Positions 28,611 through 32,000 of a stretch of DNA of 32,000 bases are shown here, piece by piece. Source of the stretch: Candidatus Methylopumilus planktonicus (lineage in GTDB: Bacteria > Pseudomonadota > Gammaproteobacteria > Burkholderiales > Methylophilaceae). The DNA is taken from NCBI RefSeq assembly GCF_000981505.1, contig NZ_LN827929.1, positions 553,151-585,150 on the forward strand, read 5' to 3'. Under the pieces are notes generated by a model, which was given only the letters and a program-made list of their open reading frames with translations, did no database searches and had not been told where the DNA came from. Each line of letters opens with the position of its first letter. The first letter of the stretch is position 1. Both the position numbers and the translations under genes were made by a program.

Positions 28611-30326
28611 TTATTTTTTACTATCTAATTTTGCTTTTAATAAGGCGCCAAGATTGGTTGTGCCCGCATTATCAGAACTTTCTTCAACCTCTACTTTTTT
28701 CTTAGCTGCTTTTGGTTTAGCTACATTTTTAGATTTGAATGAAAGTTGCATTGTTTTTGCTTTTGCGTCGACATTAAGAATTTTAACTTCAATTTCGTCG
28801 CCTGCTTTAACAACAGATGAAGCGTCTTCAACTTTATCTTCGCTTACTTCACTAATATCAACTGTGCCTTCAACTTGATCAGCTAAAGTTACTACGATAC
28901 CTGAAGCATCTGCAGACTTGACTGTTCCTTTAACAAAACTACCTTTGTCATTAGCTTTTGTGAAGCCTGTAAAGTTATCACCTGATAATTGTTTAAGTCC
29001 AAGAGAAATTCTTTCTTTTTCAACATCGATTGCCACGATAAGCGCTTCGAGTTCGTCACCCTTTTTAAAGTTTCTAATAGCTTCTTCACCTTTTTTATCC
29101 CATGAGATGTCAGACATGTGGATAAGGCCATCTATGCCGCCATCAAGACCAATAAAGATACCGAAGTCGGTGATTGATTTAATCGGCCCGCTAACTTTTT
29201 CACCTTTTTTATGTGTTTCAGAGAACTCTGCCCATGGGTTTGATTTACATTGCTTCATGCCCAATGAAAGTCTTCTTCTGTCTTCATCAATTTCAAGAAT
29301 CATCACTTCAATTTCATCGCCGAGCTGCGCAATTTTTCCTGGGTGAATATTTTTATTAGTCCAGTCCATTTCTGAAACGTGAACTAAACCTTCAATACCT
29401 GCTTCAATTTCAACGAATGCACCGTAATCAGTTAGGTTAGATACTTTACCGAACAGACGTGTACTTACAGGATATCTTCTAGATAAGCCCTTCCATGGAT
29501 CATCATCGAGTTGTTTTAAGCCTAATGAAACACGATTTTTTTCTTGATCAAATTTAAGTACTTTAGCTTCAACTTCATCACCAATATTTAAAATTTCAGA
29601 CGGATGCTTTACGCGTCTCCATGCTAAGTCAGTAATATGAAGTAAGCCATCAATGCCGCCTAAGTCAACGAATGCACCGTAATCAGTAATATTTTTAATA
29701 ATGCCTTTTACAGTAGCACCTTCAGTAAGTGTGCCAATAACAGCATCTCTGTCCGCACCTGAAGATTGTTCCATCACTGCTTTTCTTGAAACAACCACGT
29801 TGTTTCTTTTCTTATCAATTTTAATAACTTTAAGATCCCATTCTTTATTTTCGAATGGTGTTGTGTCTTTAACTGGTCTTACATCAACGAGTGAGCCTGG
29901 AAGGAATGCTGTGATTCCATTTACAGAAACTCTCAAGCCACCTTTGACACGACTACTTACAAAACCTCTGACAACTGTGCCTTCGTTCATTGCATCTTCA
30001 AGATCAAGCCATGCTTGCATTTTCTTCGCTTTATCTCTTGAAAGGATTGTTGAGCCGAAACCATCTTCTAATTTTTCAATTGCAACTTTAACAAAGTCAC
30101 CCACTTTAACGTCAAGTTCGCCTTGGTCATTAAGGAATTCTTCTGCTTTGATAACGCTTTCTGATTTAAGCCCTGCGTTTACAATCACAAAGTCATTATC
30201 AATAGATATAACTTCTGCTGTAATTACTTCGCCCGAGCGCATTTCTTGAAGCGCTATGCTTTCTTCAAATAGAGCTGCGAAACTTTCTGTGGAATTTGAT
30301 TCTATGTTTTTTGCTGTCGTTGCCAT
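28611..30326 (-). CDS. rpsA: 30S ribosomal protein S1
   Basis: 571 aa with six S1/OB repeats (recurring G..V.G.V..I..FGAFV.L..G..GL.H.S pattern) and a Lys/Ala-rich C-terminal tail. Confidence 0.97.
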   Translation of the reverse strand: MATTAKNIESNSTESFAALFEESIALQEMRSGEVITAEVISIDNDFVIVNAGLKSESVIKAEEFLNDQGELDVKVGDFVKVAIEKLEDGFGSTILSRDKAKKMQAWLDLEDAMNEGTVVRGFVSSRVKGGLRVSVNGITAFLPGSLVDVRPVKDTTPFENKEWDLKVIKIDKKRNNVVVSRKAVMEQSSGADRDAVIGTLTEGATVKGIIKNITDYGAFVDLGGIDGLLHITDLAWRRVKHPSEILNIGDEVEAKVLKFDQEKNRVSLGLKQLDDDPWKGLSRRYPVSTRLFGKVSNLTDYGAFVEIEAGIEGLVHVSEMDWTNKNIHPGKIAQLGDEIEVMILEIDEDRRRLSLGMKQCKSNPWAEFSETHKKGEKVSGPIKSITDFGIFIGLDGGIDGLIHMSDISWDKKGEEAIRNFKKGDELEALIVAIDVEKERISLGLKQLSGDNFTGFTKANDKGSFVKGTVKSADASGIVVTLADQVEGTVDISEVSEDKVEDASSVVKAGDEIEVKILNVDAKAKTMQLSFKSKNVAKPKAAKKKVEVEESSDNAGTTNLGALLKAKLDSKK

Positions 30327-30413
30327 TAAATGTTACCTATAAAGTCCTACCTAGCGATAGGGATGTTAAAGTTAGCAATAGATCTTTGAAATCTATTACA
30401 CCTAAATTGTTGT
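30327..30413 (-). promoter_or_regulatory. rpsA upstream or leader region with a 7-bp inverted repeat
   Basis: An 87-nt spacer between cmk and rpsA. It contains AATAGAT-N7-ATCTATT (30377-30397) and a small CCTA-GCGA-TAGG hairpin. AGGT lies about 10 nt upstream of the ATG. No T-tract follows, so this is not a classical terminator. Confidence 0.3.
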
Positions 30414-31085
30414 TTAAGACGTTTGAGACTTTAAACTGAAGAGATGGGTGATGTTATCAACGGCATCAGATATGCTTAATGTGTCTGTGTCTATTTCTAT
30501 AGCGTCTTTTGTTTTTAAGAGGGGAGAGATTTCTCTTTGTAAATCACGCTCATCTCTTAAAATAATTTCACTTAAAACCGAAGTCATATTAGCAGGGTTT
30601 CCTTTTGAGATCAACTGTTTATATCTTCTTTCAGCCCTAATTTGTGCGCTTGCAGTTAAGAATATTTTGATACCAGCATGCGGGAAAACGACCGAAGTCA
30701 TATCTCTTCCCTCGGCTACCAATCCAGGGTGTTTTTCAAAGCTTCTTTGAAATCCAAGGATTGCTTCTCTCAGACCTCTGTGAACCGCAACTTCTGAGGC
30801 TCCGTGGCCTGATTCCTCAGTACGTATAGCTTCAGATACATCTTTACCATTGAGTAAAATTTGATCATTTTTAAAGCTTAAGTTTGCATTTTCAAGAACT
30901 TTAAGAAGTAAAGTTTCATTATTGAGGGGTATGTTTTGTAAACGACCTGCATAAGCAATCGTTCGGTAGATTGACCCTGAATCTAGATAGTGAAAATTTA
31001 GTTTTTCTGCAATAAGTTTAGCCACTGTTCCTTTTCCAGAAGCAGAAGGACCGTCAATCGCGATAATAGGAATGTGAGATGTCAT
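30414..31085 (-). CDS. cmk: Cytidylate kinase
   Basis: 223 aa with the P-loop IDGPSASGKGTVA, YLDSG.IYR and a GRDMTSVVFP region. The aroA-cmk-rpsA order is conserved. Confidence 0.93.
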   Translation of the reverse strand: MTSHIPIIAIDGPSASGKGTVAKLIAEKLNFHYLDSGSIYRTIAYAGRLQNIPLNNETLLLKVLENANLSFKNDQILLNGKDVSEAIRTEESGHGASEVAVHRGLREAILGFQRSFEKHPGLVAEGRDMTSVVFPHAGIKIFLTASAQIRAERRYKQLISKGNPANMTSVLSEIILRDERDLQREISPLLKTKDAIEIDTDTLSISDAVDNITHLFSLKSQTS

Positions 31086-32000
31086 TTATGTCTTTACTAT
31101 ACTTTCCAAAACCTCAAAGTAAGTTGGAAATGTTTTGTTGACACACGCTGGGTCGTTTATTGTGATTGGGATATTTTTGAGGCTTACCAGTGAAAAACAC
31201 ATAGCCATTCGATGGTCGTCATAAGTATCAATCTCAACATGCTCTTTAATCCTAAGAGGGGGTGTGATTTCAATAAAATCTTCACCCTCAATCACAGCCG
31301 CACCTAATTTTCTAAGTTCAGTCGCCATAGCTTTAATGCGATCAGTTTCTTTAACGCGCCAGCTTCCAATATTAAAAAGTTTAGTAGCGCCTTTTGCAAA
31401 TAGGGCTAATACTGCAAGTGTCATCGCAGCATCTGGAATGTGATTACAATCAAGGCTGATTGCTTGAAGTGTTTCGATTTTTGAAACCTGAATTGATCCT
31501 TCAAGAATATTAATATCAGCGCCCATAAGCTCTAAAGCTTCAGCAAATTTTACATCACCTTGAATGCTATTTTTTCCAATACCTTTAACTTCGATATCGC
31601 CTGCAAGCGCTCCCGCAGCTAAAAAATAAGAAGCTGATGATGCGTCACCTTCAACAAATATTTCACCTGGACTCACATACTTACTTGAACCCGGAATAAT
31701 AAAATTTTCCCAGCCTATTTTTTTAACATGTATACCAAATCGCGCCATCAGATTAAGCGTAATATCAATATAAGGTTTTGAAATTAAATCACCCACGATT
31801 TCAATAACCACTTCTTTTTTTGTAAGTGGAATCGCCATTAGAAGAGCTGTTAAGAATTGACTTGAAATATCACCCCTAATTTTTATAGGACCTTGAATAA
31901 CAATTTCAGATGGAGAAATATTTAATGGAGGGTAGCCGTCTTGATTAAGATATTTTATATCTACATTTAATTGCAAGAGTGCGTCGACAAGATCTTTAAT
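31086..32000 (-). CDS. aroA: 3-phosphoshikimate 1-carboxyvinyltransferase (EPSP synthase); N-terminal part lies outside the window
   Basis: The frame is open to nt 32000 ([13 protein letters not shown].. precedes the TTG listed as the start in the ORF track). EPSPS motifs include [38 protein letters not shown] and DDHRMAM. The stop abuts the cmk start. Confidence 0.93.
   Translation of the reverse strand: MKDLVDALLQLNVDIKYLNQDGYPPLNISPSEIVIQGPIKIRGDISSQFLTALLMAIPLTKKEVVIEIVGDLISKPYIDITLNLMARFGIHVKKIGWENFIIPGSSKYVSPGEIFVEGDASSASYFLAAGALAGDIEVKGIGKNSIQGDVKFAEALELMGADINILEGSIQVSKIETLQAISLDCNHIPDAAMTLAVLALFAKGATKLFNIGSWRVKETDRIKAMATELRKLGAAVIEGEDFIEITPPLRIKEHVEIDTYDDHRMAMCFSLVSLKNIPITINDPACVNKTFPTYFEVLESIVKT

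Noticed and set aside
28654-30249. Long plus-strand ORFs (74, 142 and 182 aa) lying antisense to rpsA. Their products are rich in Ser, Thr, Leu and Pro.
   Set aside because: They lie entirely inside the highly conserved S1 gene. Their low-complexity translations are typical of shadow frames opposite strongly codon-biased genes. They have no start context or recognisable domains.
30347-30358. A small hairpin, CCTA-GCGA-TAGG, with a GNRA-like loop in the cmk-rpsA spacer.
   Set aside because: A 4-bp stem is too weak to assign any function, and such a hairpin is easily produced by chance.

Overview
The window is AT-rich and very densely packed. By my coordinates only about 0.9 kb of 32 kb is non-coding. 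It looks like core chromosome of a streamlined proteobacterium. The synteny blocks pyrG-kdsA-eno-ftsB, alaA-hom-thrC, and aroA-cmk-rpsA-ihfB-lapB-pyrF are typical of betaproteobacteria. Together with a zwf-gnd/pgl cluster and an mxa-type accessory cluster, they suggest a small-genome methylotroph of the Methylophilaceae/OM43 type. That assignment is inference and was not checked against any database. I support 34 protein-coding genes, two of them cut by the window edges. Nearly all are housekeeping: nucleotide, amino-acid, folate, fatty-acid, LPS and translation functions. I see no rRNA, tRNA, CRISPR array, transposase, integrase, phage gene or long repeat. The one multi-gene system that is not plain housekeeping is a tightly coupled six-gene minus-strand operon at 3981-9370. 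Its order is MoxR AAA+ ATPase, DUF58, a secreted/bitopic protein, a vWA membrane protein, a small TPR-like membrane protein, and a second vWA membrane protein. Gene order and sizes match the mxaRSACKL accessory genes of methanol dehydrogenase clusters. No dehydrogenase structural genes are adjacent, and the last gene overlaps ygfZ. This is the best candidate for follow-up, but it belongs to a recognisable family rather than being clearly new. Secondary observations are listed below:
- All five convergent gene junctions have zero or negative spacing.
- The MoxR Walker B motif reads N-E, and the same protein has an (ATG)5 run.
- lapB has no lapA upstream.
- A wing-domain Orn/Lys/Arg decarboxylase has no partner antiporter.
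- Heptamer inverted repeats recur in intergenic regions.
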